A stretch of DNA of 61,934 nucleotides, the filler included. It is 3 parts of 3 records of this genome, joined end to end, with 100 filler letters (N's around TTAATTAATTAA, not from the genome) between each part and the next. Parts side by side here need not be neighbours in the genome. Positions count along the whole stretch, not along the records: positions 41,715 to 61,934 come from SRR22947725_8642; 2 more parts are not named here. One strand, given 5' to 3'. The translations under genes and the position numbers were made by a program. Each line of letters begins with the position of its first letter. Position 1 is the first letter of the stretch. The notes beneath the pieces were generated by a model. The model was given only the letters and a program-made list of their open reading frames with translations, was not told where the DNA came from and made no database searches. This document shows, piece by piece, positions 47,820 through 59,317 of the stretch.

Positions 47820-48278
47820 TTAATCGTTTGACAACCCAAGGCTGATTTCGCTCAAGCCAGAAATAGGGCCTTTCTCGATGGTTTGTCCGGCCATAATGTC
47901 TAATGTGAAGTCCTCACTGTCGACTAAGGCCTTGGGCACGTGGGACAGAAGTATGTTTTTGACTTGATCGGTGTCGTTTGTCAGCGCAAAACGATTGGTT
48001 ACGTGGGTAAAGCCATTGCGCTGATCGAAAATAGACACGGTGATCTTGTCAACGGCCAGCAGATCGCCGCTGCGTTCGTACAGATTTTGCTTGGCCTTAA
48101 AGTCCGCTTCGTTAACCCAGAGGCACATGGTGAGTTCCGACACGTCAAAACTGTGTTTGCTTTGCATCATGAACTGCCAGAGTTTGAATAACTCAAACTC
48201 CACCAGTCGCGTTTGCGCCTGACCGCCCGCGCCGGTTAGCTTGCAGCGGATCAGTTTTTGATTTTCATGTTGCGCCAT
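47820..48278 (-). CDS. Hypothetical protein
   Basis: 152-aa ATG ORF filling the gshB-rsmE interval, co-directional with its neighbours; no family recognised. Confidence 0.7.
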   Translation of the reverse strand: MAQHENQKLIRCKLTGAGGQAQTRLVEFELFKLWQFMMQSKHSFDVSELTMCLWVNEADFKAKQNLYERSGDLLAVDKITVSIFDQRNGFTHVTNRFALTNDTDQVKNILLSHVPKALVDSEDFTLDIMAGQTIEKGPISGLSEISLGLSND

Positions 48279-48440
48279 GACATTAATCTCTGGGTGGTTA
48301 TCGAAGTTTAAACCATGAATCCAGCAAGGTCATAATTTTGCTTAATGAGGCTCCGATCATTGAAAACCGGGCCCTGAACCCTTTTGAGCCTAAGCTGAAA
48401 GCATTGCGCCGGTTTAAACCTTTAAGACGGCCTTTTAACC

Positions 48441-49187
48441 TTATTGTTTTGTTTCGGAAAACTCGCCGAAGCGGGTCTGTAGATGAGCCAGAAGTGCCGC
48501 CGGCGCCGTCTCGGCCCTTAAAATTCTGGCGCCCAACGTATAGGCGCGAAAACCGTTTGCCTCGGCCAAGGTAACTTCTGCGTCACTAAAACCGCCTTCT
48601 GGACCGATTGCGACGGCGATGCGTTTTGGCGTCGTCGCTGGGGGCGTCCTGGATTCTGGCGCGCCGAGATGGGCTAGGAGCTGAAGGTCAAAATCGGCAT
48701 TTTGGGCCATTGAAACCGCCTCGGTGTAGCGGGTTAATGGCGCCAATTCCGGAAGCTGCGTCCGGCCACATTGTTCGCTCGATTGCTCGATGACGGCTTG
48801 CCAAGCCTCCCAACGTCCTGCCAGTTGCACGCGTTTTTCGCTTAAATGTTGGGTCTGGACGGGAATGATTTTACTCACGCCGAGCTCGGTTGCGCGCTGC
48901 AGGGCGTTGATCATCGCGTCGCGCTTCAGGATGCCCTGTAACAAACAGATGTGGAGCGGCGACTCGCGATTGATCGGATCATAGGTGAGGGTCGTGATCT
49001 GTGTTGCTTGCTTGGTGATGGCCTGAACCTCAGCCCCATACTCGCCGCCCTGACCATTAAATAAGATCACCGCGTCAGCCGCTTTGAGTCGCAGCACGTT
49101 CCGGAGGTGATGGTGCTTGCCGCCCTCTATTGTCACGGTGGTGTTCGGCGCAAGATCGCCGTCAACATAAATCCGAGGGGTATGCAT
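48441..49187 (-). CDS. rsmE: 16S rRNA m3U1498 methyltransferase
   Basis: HLRNVLR, ATELGV, EQCGR, IGPEGGFS, LGARILRAETA. Confidence 0.95.
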   Translation of the reverse strand: MHTPRIYVDGDLAPNTTVTIEGGKHHHLRNVLRLKAADAVILFNGQGGEYGAEVQAITKQATQITTLTYDPINRESPLHICLLQGILKRDAMINALQRATELGVSKIIPVQTQHLSEKRVQLAGRWEAWQAVIEQSSEQCGRTQLPELAPLTRYTEAVSMAQNADFDLQLLAHLGAPESRTPPATTPKRIAVAIGPEGGFSDAEVTLAEANGFRAYTLGARILRAETAPAALLAHLQTRFGEFSETKQ

Positions 49188-49188
49188 A

Positions 49189-50013
49189 TTAGAATCCTAG
49201 GTTGTCTAGAATCCTCGCACTGGGTTTTGATTGATTCAAGGTATAAAAATGCAGTGCCGGCGCGCCGCCTTGAATCAGTTGTTCACAGAGCCGGGTCACA
49301 ACCTCGGCGCCGAAATCTTTGAGCGCGTCATCATCATCAAAGTCTTCTAACCGCTTGACGAGCCAGCGAGGTAGGTCAGCGCCGCAGATCTGCGAGAAGC
49401 GTTGCAGGCCCGTTAGATTGGTAATTGGCATAATCCCCGGCACAATCGGAATCCTAATCTGCGCTTTCGCGGATTCCTCTACAAACCGGAAGTAGGCGTC
49501 AGCGCTGTAAAAATATTGGGTGATGGCGCCATTGGCGCCCGCATCCACTTTTTCTTTAAAAAAAGCGATTTCGGTCCTGACAGATTTGGATTCGGGGTGA
49601 ATCTCAGGATACGCCGCCACTTCAATATGGAACCAGTCCCCCGTCGTCTCTCGAATAAATTTCACCAGCTTTGATGCATGAACAATCTTAGGGGTTCCGA
49701 GCCCTGATTGGCGATCGCCCCGCAGGGCGACGATGCGCCGGATACCCGCATCCTGATAGGCTTTGAGGAGTTCTCCAATGTTCTCTGAATTATCACCACC
49801 AAAAGACAAGTGGGGCGCAGCGGACGCACCATCTTGGCTCAAAGCAATGACCGTGTCCTTGGTGCCGTCTCGGGTCGAGCCGCCCGCGCCATAGGTTACG
49901 CTGACGAACTCATGGTCAAAACGCTTGAGTCGGTCATGGGCGCGTCGAAGGCCACTTGCGGCAGCCTCAGTTTTGGGCGCTGAAAATTCAAAGCTAATGG
50001 GTAGTGTGGTCAC
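49189..50013 (-). CDS. metF: 5,10-methylenetetrahydrofolate reductase
   Basis: SVTYGAGGST, LRGD, AAYPEIHP, AITQYF, PGIMPI, LHFYTLN. Confidence 0.95.
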   Translation of the reverse strand: MTTLPISFEFSAPKTEAAASGLRRAHDRLKRFDHEFVSVTYGAGGSTRDGTKDTVIALSQDGASAAPHLSFGGDNSENIGELLKAYQDAGIRRIVALRGDRQSGLGTPKIVHASKLVKFIRETTGDWFHIEVAAYPEIHPESKSVRTEIAFFKEKVDAGANGAITQYFYSADAYFRFVEESAKAQIRIPIVPGIMPITNLTGLQRFSQICGADLPRWLVKRLEDFDDDDALKDFGAEVVTRLCEQLIQGGAPALHFYTLNQSKPSARILDNLGF

Positions 50014-50021
50014 GGCTTTGA

Positions 50022-51179
50022 CTACACCTCGCTGGCAAGGGCTTCAGCGCGATCGGTTCGCTCCCAAGTAAAGGAGTCTTCCGTTCGACCAAAATGACCA
50101 TAACTGGCAGTCGGTAAGAAAATAGGCCGCTTGAGATCGAGCATTTCAATCAAACCCTTTGGACGCAAGTCAAAGTGCTTGCGAACCAGAGCCTCTATTT
50201 TTTCGTCAGAGCGTTTACCCGTGCCAAACGTATTGACACTGATCGAGGTGGGCTCTGCGACGCCGATAGCATAAGAGACTTGGATTTCACAGCGATCGGC
50301 AATACCGGCTGCAACAAGGTTCTTCGCAACGTAACGGCCTGCATAGGCGGCGCTGCGATCAACTTTTGACGGGTCCTTGCCTGAAAACGCGCCGCCGCCA
50401 TGCCGAGCCATACCGCCATAAGTGTCAACAATGATTTTCCTGCCCGTGAGTCCGCAATCACCAACGGGGCCGCCGATGACGAAATTACCGGTGGGATTGA
50501 TAAAATACTTCGTGTCTTTTGATAACCAGTTGGCGGGCAATACGGGCTTAATGATCTCTTCCATGACCGCTTCCTGAAGATCTTTCAAGCTGATATCGGG
50601 ATCATGTTGGGTCGATAACACAACCGCCTCAATGCCTTGTGCGACGCCGTTTTGATCGTATCGAAAGGTCACCTGACTCTTTGCATCGGGCCGCAAGAAT
50701 TTGAGTTGCCCGCTTTTTCGTACTTCGGCTTGTTTTTTAACGAGCAAATGCGAGTAGGTGATTGGCGCCGGCATTAAAACATCTGTTTCATTACTGGCAT
50801 AACCGAACATCAGACCCTGATCACCGGCACCTTGTTCATGGTCATCGAATTCATCAACGCCCATAGCGATGTCGGGTGATTGCTTGCCGAGCGCATTGAG
50901 GACCGCACAAGACGCACCATCAAAGCCAACATCCGAACTGTTGTATCCAATCTCTAAAATGACATTGCGGGTCACCTGCTCGTAATCAATTTCAGCGGTT
51001 GTTGTGATCTCGCCAGCGAGCACGACCATACCCGTTTTCACAAGGGTCTCGCAGGCAACCCGGGCGTTTGGGTCCTGGGCAAGCAGCGCGTCCAGGATCG
51101 CGTCCGAGATTTGATCGGACATTTTATCGGGGTGGCCCTCTGAGACCGATTCTGATGTAAAAACGCTGTTATTCGCCAC
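50022..51179 (-). CDS. metK: S-adenosylmethionine synthetase
   Basis: [44 protein letters not shown]. Confidence 0.98.
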   Translation of the reverse strand: MANNSVFTSESVSEGHPDKMSDQISDAILDALLAQDPNARVACETLVKTGMVVLAGEITTTAEIDYEQVTRNVILEIGYNSSDVGFDGASCAVLNALGKQSPDIAMGVDEFDDHEQGAGDQGLMFGYASNETDVLMPAPITYSHLLVKKQAEVRKSGQLKFLRPDAKSQVTFRYDQNGVAQGIEAVVLSTQHDPDISLKDLQEAVMEEIIKPVLPANWLSKDTKYFINPTGNFVIGGPVGDCGLTGRKIIVDTYGGMARHGGGAFSGKDPSKVDRSAAYAGRYVAKNLVAAGIADRCEIQVSYAIGVAEPTSISVNTFGTGKRSDEKIEALVRKHFDLRPKGLIEMLDLKRPIFLPTASYGHFGRTEDSFTWERTDRAEALASEV

Positions 51180-51399
51180 GGTGCATCCCTAGTCAAAAAT
51201 TGAGGACGAGATATTACCGCGCCTTACTGAGGTAAACCAGTTTTGGCCTTGAAAGTGAGTCAAGATCAATCGGGCTAGATTTCATACAAAAGGGTAATGC
51301 GTAGTGGTTAAAGCGGCGTCTGAGCCCGTTGCAACCACTAATAATTGCCCAATGACCCCCAGTGCGCGACAATGGGTTTTTCCCTTAAAAAGGTTTGCC

Positions 51400-53409
51400 A
51401 TGAGCACATCAAGAGCGCGCGCTAATGCCATTCGAGCCCTAGCAATGGATGCGGTTCAAACCGCAAAATCAGGTCATCCAGGCGCGCCCATGGGCATGGC
51501 GGACATGGCTGAAGTGCTTTGGGGACAATTCTTAAAGCATAACCCGGGCAATCCCAATTGGTGGAACAGAGATCGGTTTGTGCTCTCCAATGGCCACGGC
51601 TCTATGCTGATTTATAGCTTGCTGCACTTAACGGGCTATGACGTCAGTCTGGATGACTTAAAAGCCTTTCGTCAGCTTGGCTCTAAAACCCCAGGGCATC
51701 CTGAACTCGGTTATACGCCCGGCGTTGAGACCACCACCGGCCCGCTGGGGCAGGGACTGGCCAATGCGGTGGGGCTGGCGTTGGCGGAGAAATCGCTAGC
51801 GAGCACCTTTAATCAGGTGGGTGCGGATGGGCAACCTCTCGACATTATTGATCATCATACCTACGTCTTTGCGGGCGATGGTTGTTTGATGGAGGGGGTT
51901 TCTCATGAAGCCTGCTCGTTGGCTGGTACCCTTGGTCTGGGCAAGCTCATTTGTTTGTATGATGACAATGGCATCTCGATTGATGGTCCTGTTACCGGTT
52001 GGTTTACCGATGATACCGCTGCCCGATTTGAAGCCTATGGCTGGCAAGTGATGCGCGCGGTGGATGGTCATGATGCGGACGCGGTGAGCCAAGCCCTTCG
52101 TGAGGCGAAAGCCAATCTGTCTCAGCCAACTTTGATCTGCTGTAAAACCACCATCGGGTTCGGCTCGCCCAATAAAGGCGGCACTGCGGGCAGTCATGGA
52201 TCGCCCTTGGGTGATGATGAAATTGCGCTGACCCGAGCGGCACTGGATTGGTCCCACGCACCCTTCGTCATTCCTGAGGCGCTGAAGAATGATTGGGATG
52301 CCCTTGAAAGCGGGGCAGCCGCAGAAGCCGGCTGGCAGCAGACCTTTGCAGCTTACACCGAAGCATTTCCCGAATTAGCGCAAGACTTAACGCGCCGGAT
52401 GCAGGGCGAATTGCCCGCAATCTGGCCCGAGGCGATGGCAACCCTGCGGCGTGATGCCCAAGCGGCCGGCAAAGTGCTGGCCAGCCGGCAAGCCTCCGGC
52501 GAAGTCATTGCTCAGCTTTCGGCGCTATTACCGGAACTCCTTGGCGGCTCTGCGGATTTATCCGGATCGAACAATACCAACTGGCCTGCCGCCGCGCCCA
52601 TCACGGCCGAAGACGCCAGTGGGAACTATGTTTACTATGGCGTGCGCGAATTTGGCATGACCGCGATCGCCAATGGCTTGGCCTTACATGGGGGCCTGAT
52701 CCCGTTTACCGGAACCTTTTTGATGTTTATGGAATATGCCCGGAATGCGGTGCGGATGTCAGCCTTGATGGGGCTGCAGAATATCCACGTGTATACCCAC
52801 GATAGTATTGGGCAAGGTGAAGACGGACCAACCCACCAGCCGGTCGAGCAGTTAACCAATTTGCGCACCACACCCAACCTGCAAGTATGGCGACCTTGCG
52901 ATACGGTCGAGACCGTGAGCGCCTGGCAAGCGGCGATTGAGCGTCGGGCAGGCCCAACGGCGCTCGTGTTCTCGAGACAAAATCTCGCGCACCAAGACCG
53001 GGATGCCGATCAGCTCAGCGCGATTGACCAAGGCGGGTATATTTTATTTGAACCAGCCTCGACGCCCGTCGCAATTCTGATTGCAACGGGTTCGGAAGTT
53101 GAAATCGCCCGTCAAGCCGCACTGACCTTAACCGCCGGTGGCCAGCCGACACGCTTGGTCTCGATGCCCTGCGCTGAAGTGTTTGCCGTCCAACCTGATC
53201 ACTATCAGCAGCAGGTGCTACCAAAAGACCGCCGCGTTCGCGTGGCGGTTGAAGCAGGCCATGGTGACTATTGGCGTAAGTGGGTGGGCCTAGACGGCGC
53301 GGTAGTGAGTTTAGATCGTTTTGGTGAGTCCGGCCCTGGGCCGGATGTGCTCGCCCATTTTGGCTTTAGCGCTGAGCATATTGTGGCGACGGTCAAGGAA
53401 TTGCTCTGA
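51400..53409 (+). CDS. tkt: Transketolase
   Basis: [43 protein letters not shown]. Start moved to the ATG at 51400. Confidence 0.97.
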   Translation: MSTSRARANAIRALAMDAVQTAKSGHPGAPMGMADMAEVLWGQFLKHNPGNPNWWNRDRFVLSNGHGSMLIYSLLHLTGYDVSLDDLKAFRQLGSKTPGHPELGYTPGVETTTGPLGQGLANAVGLALAEKSLASTFNQVGADGQPLDIIDHHTYVFAGDGCLMEGVSHEACSLAGTLGLGKLICLYDDNGISIDGPVTGWFTDDTAARFEAYGWQVMRAVDGHDADAVSQALREAKANLSQPTLICCKTTIGFGSPNKGGTAGSHGSPLGDDEIALTRAALDWSHAPFVIPEALKNDWDALESGAAAEAGWQQTFAAYTEAFPELAQDLTRRMQGELPAIWPEAMATLRRDAQAAGKVLASRQASGEVIAQLSALLPELLGGSADLSGSNNTNWPAAAPITAEDASGNYVYYGVREFGMTAIANGLALHGGLIPFTGTFLMFMEYARNAVRMSALMGLQNIHVYTHDSIGQGEDGPTHQPVEQLTNLRTTPNLQVWRPCDTVETVSAWQAAIERRAGPTALVFSRQNLAHQDRDADQLSAIDQGGYILFEPASTPVAILIATGSEVEIARQAALTLTAGGQPTRLVSMPCAEVFAVQPDHYQQQVLPKDRRVRVAVEAGHGDYWRKWVGLDGAVVSLDRFGESGPGPDVLAHFGFSAEHIVATVKELL

Positions 53410-53410
53410 G

Positions 53411-54616
53411 ATGCGCTTGCCGAGTCTTTCGGATTTTGAAATCACCGGGAAGCGGTTGCTCATCCGTCAGGATTTAAATGTGCCCATGAAGGATGGTCGG
53501 GTCACCAGCCAGGCTCGCATTCGCGCAGCCTTGCCAACCTTGCAGTATGCCTTGGCGCAAGGCGCGCAGGTGATTGTCATGTCGCATCTCGGTCGTCCGA
53601 AAGAAGGCGTTGCGTTAGCCGATCAGCCTGAGGTCAGTTTGGCGCCGGTGGCGCAGGTGCTCGAACAGCTTTTGGGTCAAGAGGTTGCGTTGGTGGACCA
53701 ATATTTGGATGGGTTGCCCGCCACAAAAGCGAAAATCGTCTTGCTGGAAAATATCAGGATCAATGTTGGCGAAAAAGCCAATGATGCAGGCTTGTCGAGG
53801 CAATTGGCCACGCTGTGCGATATTTTTGTAATGGACGCGTTTGGTACGGCGCATCGCGCCCAAGCTTCAACGGCCGGGGTTGCCCAATATGCACCAGCGG
53901 TCTGTGTTGGGCCCTTGCTGGCCGCGGAGTTGTCGGCATTGTCCAAGGCGCTAGAGCAGCCAAAAGCGCCTGTGGTGGTCATTGTTGGGGGTAGTAAAGT
54001 CTCAACCAAGCTAGAAGTGCTTGAGGCGCTGAGTCAAAAAGTCGACACCTTGATTGTTGGGGGTGGTATTGCCAATACCTTTATCGCGGCCGCAGGCTTT
54101 GACGTGGGGCGGTCTTTGCATGAGCCTGGTCTGATTGAGGCTGCCAAGCGCATCCGCACGCGGGTCCAGGTGCCCGAAGTCATTGATGTCGTCGTGAGCG
54201 ATCAGTTACACGCCGATGCGCGCGCCGTGGTGAAGCCGGTTGAGGCGGTTACTGATGCAGACATGATCTTGGATCTCGGGCCGCAGACCATGGCGGCCTT
54301 GCTGCCGATGATTCAGGGTGCTGCGACCATCATCTGGAATGGGCCATTGGGCGTTTTTGAGTTTGAGGCTTTTGCCGGGGGCACCCGCACGCTTACCGAG
54401 GCGATTGCGGCAAGTCCGGCGTTTTCACTGGCCGGTGGCGGCGATACTTTGGCCGCCATTGACGCCTTTGGGGCGGCTGATCAGATCAGTTATATTTCAA
54501 CCGGGGGTGGCGCATTTCTTGAATTTGTTGAAGGTAAAACCCTGCCCGCCATCGCGGCGCTTGAGGCGAGGGTCGCACAGGACCAATTGGTCATCCATCC
54601 GTTAGAACAGGAGTAA
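53411..54616 (+). CDS. pgk: Phosphoglycerate kinase
   Basis: [38 protein letters not shown]. Start ATG at 53411, just after the tkt stop. Confidence 0.97.
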   Translation: MRLPSLSDFEITGKRLLIRQDLNVPMKDGRVTSQARIRAALPTLQYALAQGAQVIVMSHLGRPKEGVALADQPEVSLAPVAQVLEQLLGQEVALVDQYLDGLPATKAKIVLLENIRINVGEKANDAGLSRQLATLCDIFVMDAFGTAHRAQASTAGVAQYAPAVCVGPLLAAELSALSKALEQPKAPVVVIVGGSKVSTKLEVLEALSQKVDTLIVGGGIANTFIAAAGFDVGRSLHEPGLIEAAKRIRTRVQVPEVIDVVVSDQLHADARAVVKPVEAVTDADMILDLGPQTMAALLPMIQGAATIIWNGPLGVFEFEAFAGGTRTLTEAIAASPAFSLAGGGDTLAAIDAFGAADQISYISTGGGAFLEFVEGKTLPAIAALEARVAQDQLVIHPLEQE

Positions 54617-54620
54617 AGCA

Positions 54621-55658
54621 ATGGCTTTAGTGAGCATGCGGCAACTATTGGACCACGCAGCCGAGCATCAGTATGGCGTGCCGGCATTTAATGTGAATAA
54701 CCTGGAACAGATCCGCGCCATTATGGAGAGCGCCGATGAAACCGATAGCCCAGTGATCGTGCAGGCTTCGGCGGGCGCGAGGAAGTATGCAGGCAGTAAT
54801 TTTTTACGGCATTTAATTTTGGCCGCCATTGAAGAATTTCCACATATTCCTGTGGTGATGCACCAAGATCATGGCGCCTCACCAGCGGCGTGCCAGCGCT
54901 CTATCCAACTGGGTTTTTCATCGGTCATGATGGATGGCTCGCTCTTGGAAGATCAAAAAACCCCGGCAAGCTATGAATACAACGTTTTGGTGACGCAACA
55001 GACGGTTGCGATGGCCCATGCTTGCGGCGTAACCGTTGAAGGCGAGCTCGGGTGCTTGGGTTCGCTTGAAACGGGTGAGGCCGGAGAAGAAGATGGCGTG
55101 GGCGCCAGTGGCACCTTGTCGATGGCGCAAATGTTAACGGATCCAGATCAAGCCGCGGATTTTATTCAACAAACTGATTGTGATGCGCTGGCGATTGCCA
55201 TTGGCACGAGTCATGGCGCTTATAAGTTTTCCCGACCCCCAACGGGCGATATTCTGGCGATCGAGCGGATTAAAGCGATCCATCAAAAAATCCCGAACAC
55301 GCATTTGGTGATGCATGGCTCATCCAGTGTGCCTCAGGCGTGGTTGAAGGTGATTAATGCTTTCGGCGGCGAGATCCCAGAAACCTATGGCGTGCCCGTC
55401 TCTGAGATTCAGGAAGGGATTCGACATGGCGTTCGTAAGATCAACATAGACACCGACCTAAGGCTTGCCTCAACCGGTGCGATTCGGCAATTTTTAGCAG
55501 AACATCCGGCCGAATTTGATCCCAGAAAATATTTAGCCGCATCGATGGTCGCGATGAAGGACATTGTCAAAGCCCGGTACGAGGACTTTGGCACGGCGGG
55601 CAATGCCTCTAAGATTAAGCCGATTTCGCTTGAAGCAATGGCCGGCCATTACGCCTGA
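54621..55658 (+). CDS. fba: Fructose-bisphosphate aldolase class II
   Basis: [37 protein letters not shown]. Confidence 0.97.
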   Translation: MALVSMRQLLDHAAEHQYGVPAFNVNNLEQIRAIMESADETDSPVIVQASAGARKYAGSNFLRHLILAAIEEFPHIPVVMHQDHGASPAACQRSIQLGFSSVMMDGSLLEDQKTPASYEYNVLVTQQTVAMAHACGVTVEGELGCLGSLETGEAGEEDGVGASGTLSMAQMLTDPDQAADFIQQTDCDALAIAIGTSHGAYKFSRPPTGDILAIERIKAIHQKIPNTHLVMHGSSSVPQAWLKVINAFGGEIPETYGVPVSEIQEGIRHGVRKINIDTDLRLASTGAIRQFLAEHPAEFDPRKYLAASMVAMKDIVKARYEDFGTAGNASKIKPISLEAMAGHYA

Positions 55659-55699
55659 TGCGACCGCGGCTTGATGACCCGCTTGGAAAAGGGCCGATT

Positions 55700-56383
55700 T
55701 TAAGGGCTGCCGCGCCGCATTTGGATACGCACCTCGCCGTCGACATCCATTAACAAAACATCGGCGCCTCGCCTCGCAAACAGACCATTGGTCACGACGC
55801 CGGCTATCTGATTAATTTGCGACTCCAAGTGAGCGGGGTCTGTGATGTTGAGATCGTGCACATCTAATATTTCGTTGCCATTATCGGTCCGGGTGTTTTC
55901 TCGCAGCACGGGCGTGCCGCCCAGGCCGACCAACTTCCGCGCGACCAAGGACCGCGCCATCGGAATCACTTCGATGGGCAGAGGGAAGGCGCCGAGCTGC
56001 TCGACCCATTTGCTGCTGTCGGCAATGCACACAAATTGATCTGCTGCGCTGGCCACGATCTTCTCACGGGTGAGGGCCGCGCCACCGCCTTTGATCATGC
56101 TAAAGGCGGGATTGATTTCATCAGCGCCATCGACGTAGACCGCCAGCGATGACACCTCGTTGAGCTCAACGACGCGAATACCGTGGGATTTCAATCGGTC
56201 AGCCGATGCAACCGAGCTTGCGACCGCCCCCGCAAACCGGTGCTGCACGCCTGCCAGGGCATCAATAAAATGGTTCGCTGTGGAGCCGGTCCCAACGCCA
56301 ATATAGGCATCAACCTGCAACCAGGGGTCAATGTAGTCGGCCGCTTTGATCCCAAGGAGACGTTTGGTTTCATCTTGATTCAT
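55700..56383 (-). CDS. rpiA: Ribose-5-phosphate isomerase A
   Basis: [31 protein letters not shown]. Confidence 0.97.
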   Translation of the reverse strand: MNQDETKRLLGIKAADYIDPWLQVDAYIGVGTGSTANHFIDALAGVQHRFAGAVASSVASADRLKSHGIRVVELNEVSSLAVYVDGADEINPAFSMIKGGGAALTREKIVASAADQFVCIADSSKWVEQLGAFPLPIEVIPMARSLVARKLVGLGGTPVLRENTRTDNGNEILDVHDLNITDPAHLESQINQIAGVVTNGLFARRGADVLLMDVDGEVRIQMRRGSP

Positions 56384-56621
56384 GATTTGAGCCTTGGTCG
56401 CGGTTTGTTATGGTTGAAGAGTACCTGATCTGCGCCGGGCCGAGGAAGCGTCTGCCGCTCGAATTGCGATGACCACCTCCGTCTTTGAGGCGTAGGGGTC
56501 GGCTGCCTGTCCAGCTCGCGGGAAGGTAAGCGTGTTCTTACCCCAATGTAGGTTGAGTCCGTTTTCTGAACGACGATCTTAGTGGCAGGTCGCGCACAGG
56601 CTCGTGACCACCGTAATGGGT

Positions 56622-57164
56622 CTAATCCTCCGCGCTGAGGTGGAACTGCTCAAATTCTGCTTCAAACGACAGCAGGGCTGGATCTTCAACATGGTCGATA
56701 TAGAGTTTCCCGATGAGATGATCGAACTCGTGTTGGACAACGGTTGCGGCAAAGCCATTAAAACAGCGTTGCTGGGCACAACCGTCGGCGTCCAAGTAGT
56801 CAACCTGAATAGACTGAGGCCGATTGACGAACCCGCGTAAGCCCGGCACAGACAAGCATCCTTCCCAATAGCCCTTGGTTTCTGGGTTTAAAACGGTGAC
56901 CCGGGGGTTAACAAAAACACTGAATTCAACGGCGCCCAAATCCCCATAGCGCGAAGGGCCCTCGTCGATTTCGATGATGGCCACCTGGACCATGTCATTG
57001 ATTTGCGGCGCGGCTAAGCCGATGCCGCCCGCATCGTGAAGGGTGTCACGCATATCTCGGATCAAGTCGCGAAAGCGGGGCGTGTTGATATCCTTTTCAG
57101 GAAAGGGCGTAGCAGGCGTTCGTAGGCTTGGATGGCCCATGCGAATAATGGTTCTGATGGTCAT
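56622..57164 (-). CDS. def: Peptide deformylase
   Basis: GIGLAAPQ, EGCLS, QHEFDHL. Confidence 0.95.
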   Translation of the reverse strand: MTIRTIIRMGHPSLRTPATPFPEKDINTPRFRDLIRDMRDTLHDAGGIGLAAPQINDMVQVAIIEIDEGPSRYGDLGAVEFSVFVNPRVTVLNPETKGYWEGCLSVPGLRGFVNRPQSIQVDYLDADGCAQQRCFNGFAATVVQHEFDHLIGKLYIDHVEDPALLSFEAEFEQFHLSAED

Positions 57165-57188
57165 AGCAGCTCCAGCGCTTCGCGCGGT

Positions 57189-57770
57189 TTACTCGATTTT
57201 GATCTGAAAGATTTCTTCCGGTGTTAAAACATAGTCCAGCGGAATATCCCATGGGTTGGTGGGAAATGAGCACTGCTGAAACCCGTGGGCGAGTCCGATT
57301 AAGACTGGCCTTTTGGGCTCGGCCAAACAGTGCGCAAGGGTCCGATCGTAGTAGCCGCCACCCATACCCAATCGCGCGCCGGTTTCGTTAAAGCCGACCA
57401 ATGGCATAAAGAGCGCATCATGTTGCAGCAAAGGGACCTCGCTGTCCGCGTCTTGGATGGGTTCTAGAATTTCATAGCGATTAGGGTGAAAGCGGGTGGT
57501 TGGGCCGATGCGAGCAAACGTTAAGGATTGGTTCGAAATAATGGGCAATGTGCAGGTGAGCCCAAGAACCAGGGCTTCTTGCAGGATCGGCAAGCCGGAC
57601 AACTCGCCGTCGTTTGGCCAGTAGGCGCCGAGGGTTCGAAGGTTAAGACTCGCAATCAGGTGTTTTGCAGATTGTGCAACGGCCTCTGCCGCTCGTCGTT
57701 GTTCTGTTTGGGTGAGACCTCGGCGTTGACTGCGCAGGGCCTTTCTACTCGCTTGAACCAAAGCGTTCAA
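57189..57770 (-). CDS. fau: 5-formyltetrahydrofolate cyclo-ligase
   Basis: PLVGF...RLGMGGGYYDR, WDIPLD; downstream of 6S RNA. Confidence 0.93.
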   Translation of the reverse strand: MNALVQASRKALRSQRRGLTQTEQRRAAEAVAQSAKHLIASLNLRTLGAYWPNDGELSGLPILQEALVLGLTCTLPIISNQSLTFARIGPTTRFHPNRYEILEPIQDADSEVPLLQHDALFMPLVGFNETGARLGMGGGYYDRTLAHCLAEPKRPVLIGLAHGFQQCSFPTNPWDIPLDYVLTPEEIFQIKIE

Positions 57771-57847
57771 TCTCCTTGTTGTTACAGCCGCACGAAGTAT
57801 CTAAGGCTCGAAGGGTCGTGATAACCATGATTGTGCTCCAACGGATG

Positions 57848-58022
57848 ACGCCCCAAGTTGCCGCTGTCTGAAAGGCCCTTGAACCCTGCGGTTCAAGACG
57901 GTGGTCTCCAACGATCCGAAGGCTCCCCGCAAAACGGATATGCGCACAAGACTCGAAAAAAGACCCCCTAGCGGTCGCTTAAAGGGTCGAGGACATATCG
58001 ACTGGCAAACAACCCAGGGCGC
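57848..58022 (-). ncRNA. ssrS: 6S RNA
   Basis: Lies between zapA and fau. Minus strand reads CCCTGGGTTGTTTGCCAGTCG...CTTGAACCGCAGGGTTCAAGGGC...GGCAACTTGGGGCG with complementary ends. Extended -10 (TGTTATACT) immediately upstream at about 58029-58037. Confidence 0.92.
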
Positions 58023-58079
58023 GGCAGCAGTATAACAGTCTCGAGGTGAAAGGCGCGACGGATTGTGCGCCAATCCGGG

Positions 58080-58400
58080 TTAGAGGCTGCTGGCCTTTAA
58101 AACTTCAATCAGGGCATCAACGCGCTGCTCGCTGTGTTTAAGCACTTCATGATTATCCGCAAGCGACAGCCGTGAGGTTTGATGCGCTCGGTCGACGGAC
58201 AAAAAATCGTTCGTAATGTTCAATGCGGCCATGACGGCAAGACGGTCTAAGCCGAGCACGCTGCCGGACTTCTTAATCTCGCGCATCTTTTGATCCAGGT
58301 AGAAAGCCGAATCCCTGAGCGCTTGAACCTCATCGGCCGGGCAGCTGACCGGGTAGTCTTTATCAAAAATAGAAACAGTAATGGTTTCAGACGTCGCCAT
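58080..58400 (-). CDS. zapA: Cell division protein ZapA
   Basis: IFDKDYPVSCP...LDQKMREI...RLAVMAALN. Confidence 0.93.
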   Translation of the reverse strand: MATSETITVSIFDKDYPVSCPADEVQALRDSAFYLDQKMREIKKSGSVLGLDRLAVMAALNITNDFLSVDRAHQTSRLSLADNHEVLKHSEQRVDALIEVLKASSL

Positions 58401-58401
58401 C

Positions 58402-58599
58402 TTAGTCTTGCTCCAGAGATTTGAGTCGAAGAATCATGCCTTCAACTTTGCTTTTAACGGCTACATTGCGTTCAAGGAGCTGCGCGCGTTCCTGAGTGAG
58501 ACGTTGATTATCTGAACTGAGCTGTTGCTGCTTTAAAAGCAACGCCTCGCAGAGTTGGGTCAGTTCGTCGAGTTTGGTTTCCAGGTCAGTCGGGCTCAA
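58402..58599 (-). CDS. Short coiled-coil protein (TIGR02449/ZapB-like)
   Basis: LETKLDEL...ERAQLLERN...KVEGMILRLKSLEQ. TTG start with AAGGAG RBS (track ORF start is 58710). Confidence 0.85.
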   Translation of the reverse strand: MSPTDLETKLDELTQLCEALLLKQQQLSSDNQRLTQERAQLLERNVAVKSKVEGMILRLKSLEQD

Positions 58600-58724
58600 G
58601 GTCGGCTCCTTAGCGAATCCGTTAATATATAGGTCGTCTAGGACCAAGGTCAATTCAAAGCAGGCTCTGTGATGGTTGTACCTCGCCTGGAACAAGACTT
58701 TCTCATACAATAGGGGCGCGTATA

Positions 58725-59273
58725 TTGGGACAACAATCGGTGACCGACTCTATTACAGACTTATTGAAAGCGGCAGGTAGTGATTGCGGGCCCGCAGAAT
58801 TCCATGGCCAGATCGTCGCGCATGCCGCGCTGGCTGACAGGCGCCAAAAAAAGCTCCCGCAACAGACCGTTGCAGACTGGCTTGCACTGACCACCGTCAG
58901 CGAAGATTTGATGCAGGTCACTTCTGAGCTGCATCAGGCGGCGGTTGAAAGTTTAGAAGAATTTTCGGACTTTGATCTGACGCTCCTGTTGCCGGACGAC
59001 CATGCCCCAATGGATGAGCGATTTTCGGAATTGACCTGCTGGTGTAGCGGTTTTTTACACGGGCTGGGATTGGCGCAACACGCCGACGGCTTGTTGGCGC
59101 AGCCTGATATTCGAGAAATGCTCGAGGATCTTGCCGCCATCGCGCGTTCATTGGCCCCAGTCCCGGACTCGGAAGACAATGAAAGCGATTTTATGGAGAT
59201 TCTTGAATACATTCGCGTGGTGGTTTTGACGATCGCAATCGACGCGGAACCCAGCCCAAGCAGGCCCGCTTGA
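58725..59273 (+). CDS. ygfB: UPF0149 (YgfB) family protein
   Basis: AEFHG, LLLPDD, WCSGFLHGLG, EILEYIRV; divergent from zapA. Confidence 0.9.
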   Translation: MGQQSVTDSITDLLKAAGSDCGPAEFHGQIVAHAALADRRQKKLPQQTVADWLALTTVSEDLMQVTSELHQAAVESLEEFSDFDLTLLLPDDHAPMDERFSELTCWCSGFLHGLGLAQHADGLLAQPDIREMLEDLAAIARSLAPVPDSEDNESDFMEILEYIRVVVLTIAIDAEPSPSRPA

Positions 59274-59317
59274 TGAAGCCGAGCGTATGAGTTTCCGAGT
59301 TTGTTAGGAGTCTGATC

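Noticed and set aside
51180-51399. SAM or SAH riboswitch upstream of metK
   Set aside because: No consensus elements recognised; it looks like a plain divergent promoter region.
51400-56383. tkt-pgk-fba-rpiA as a Calvin-cycle operon
   Set aside because: No RuBisCO or phosphoribulokinase; this is the ordinary gammaproteobacterial central-carbon cluster.
57801-58073. 90-aa ORF between zapA and fau
   Set aside because: Overlaps the 6S RNA gene and has no protein-like features.
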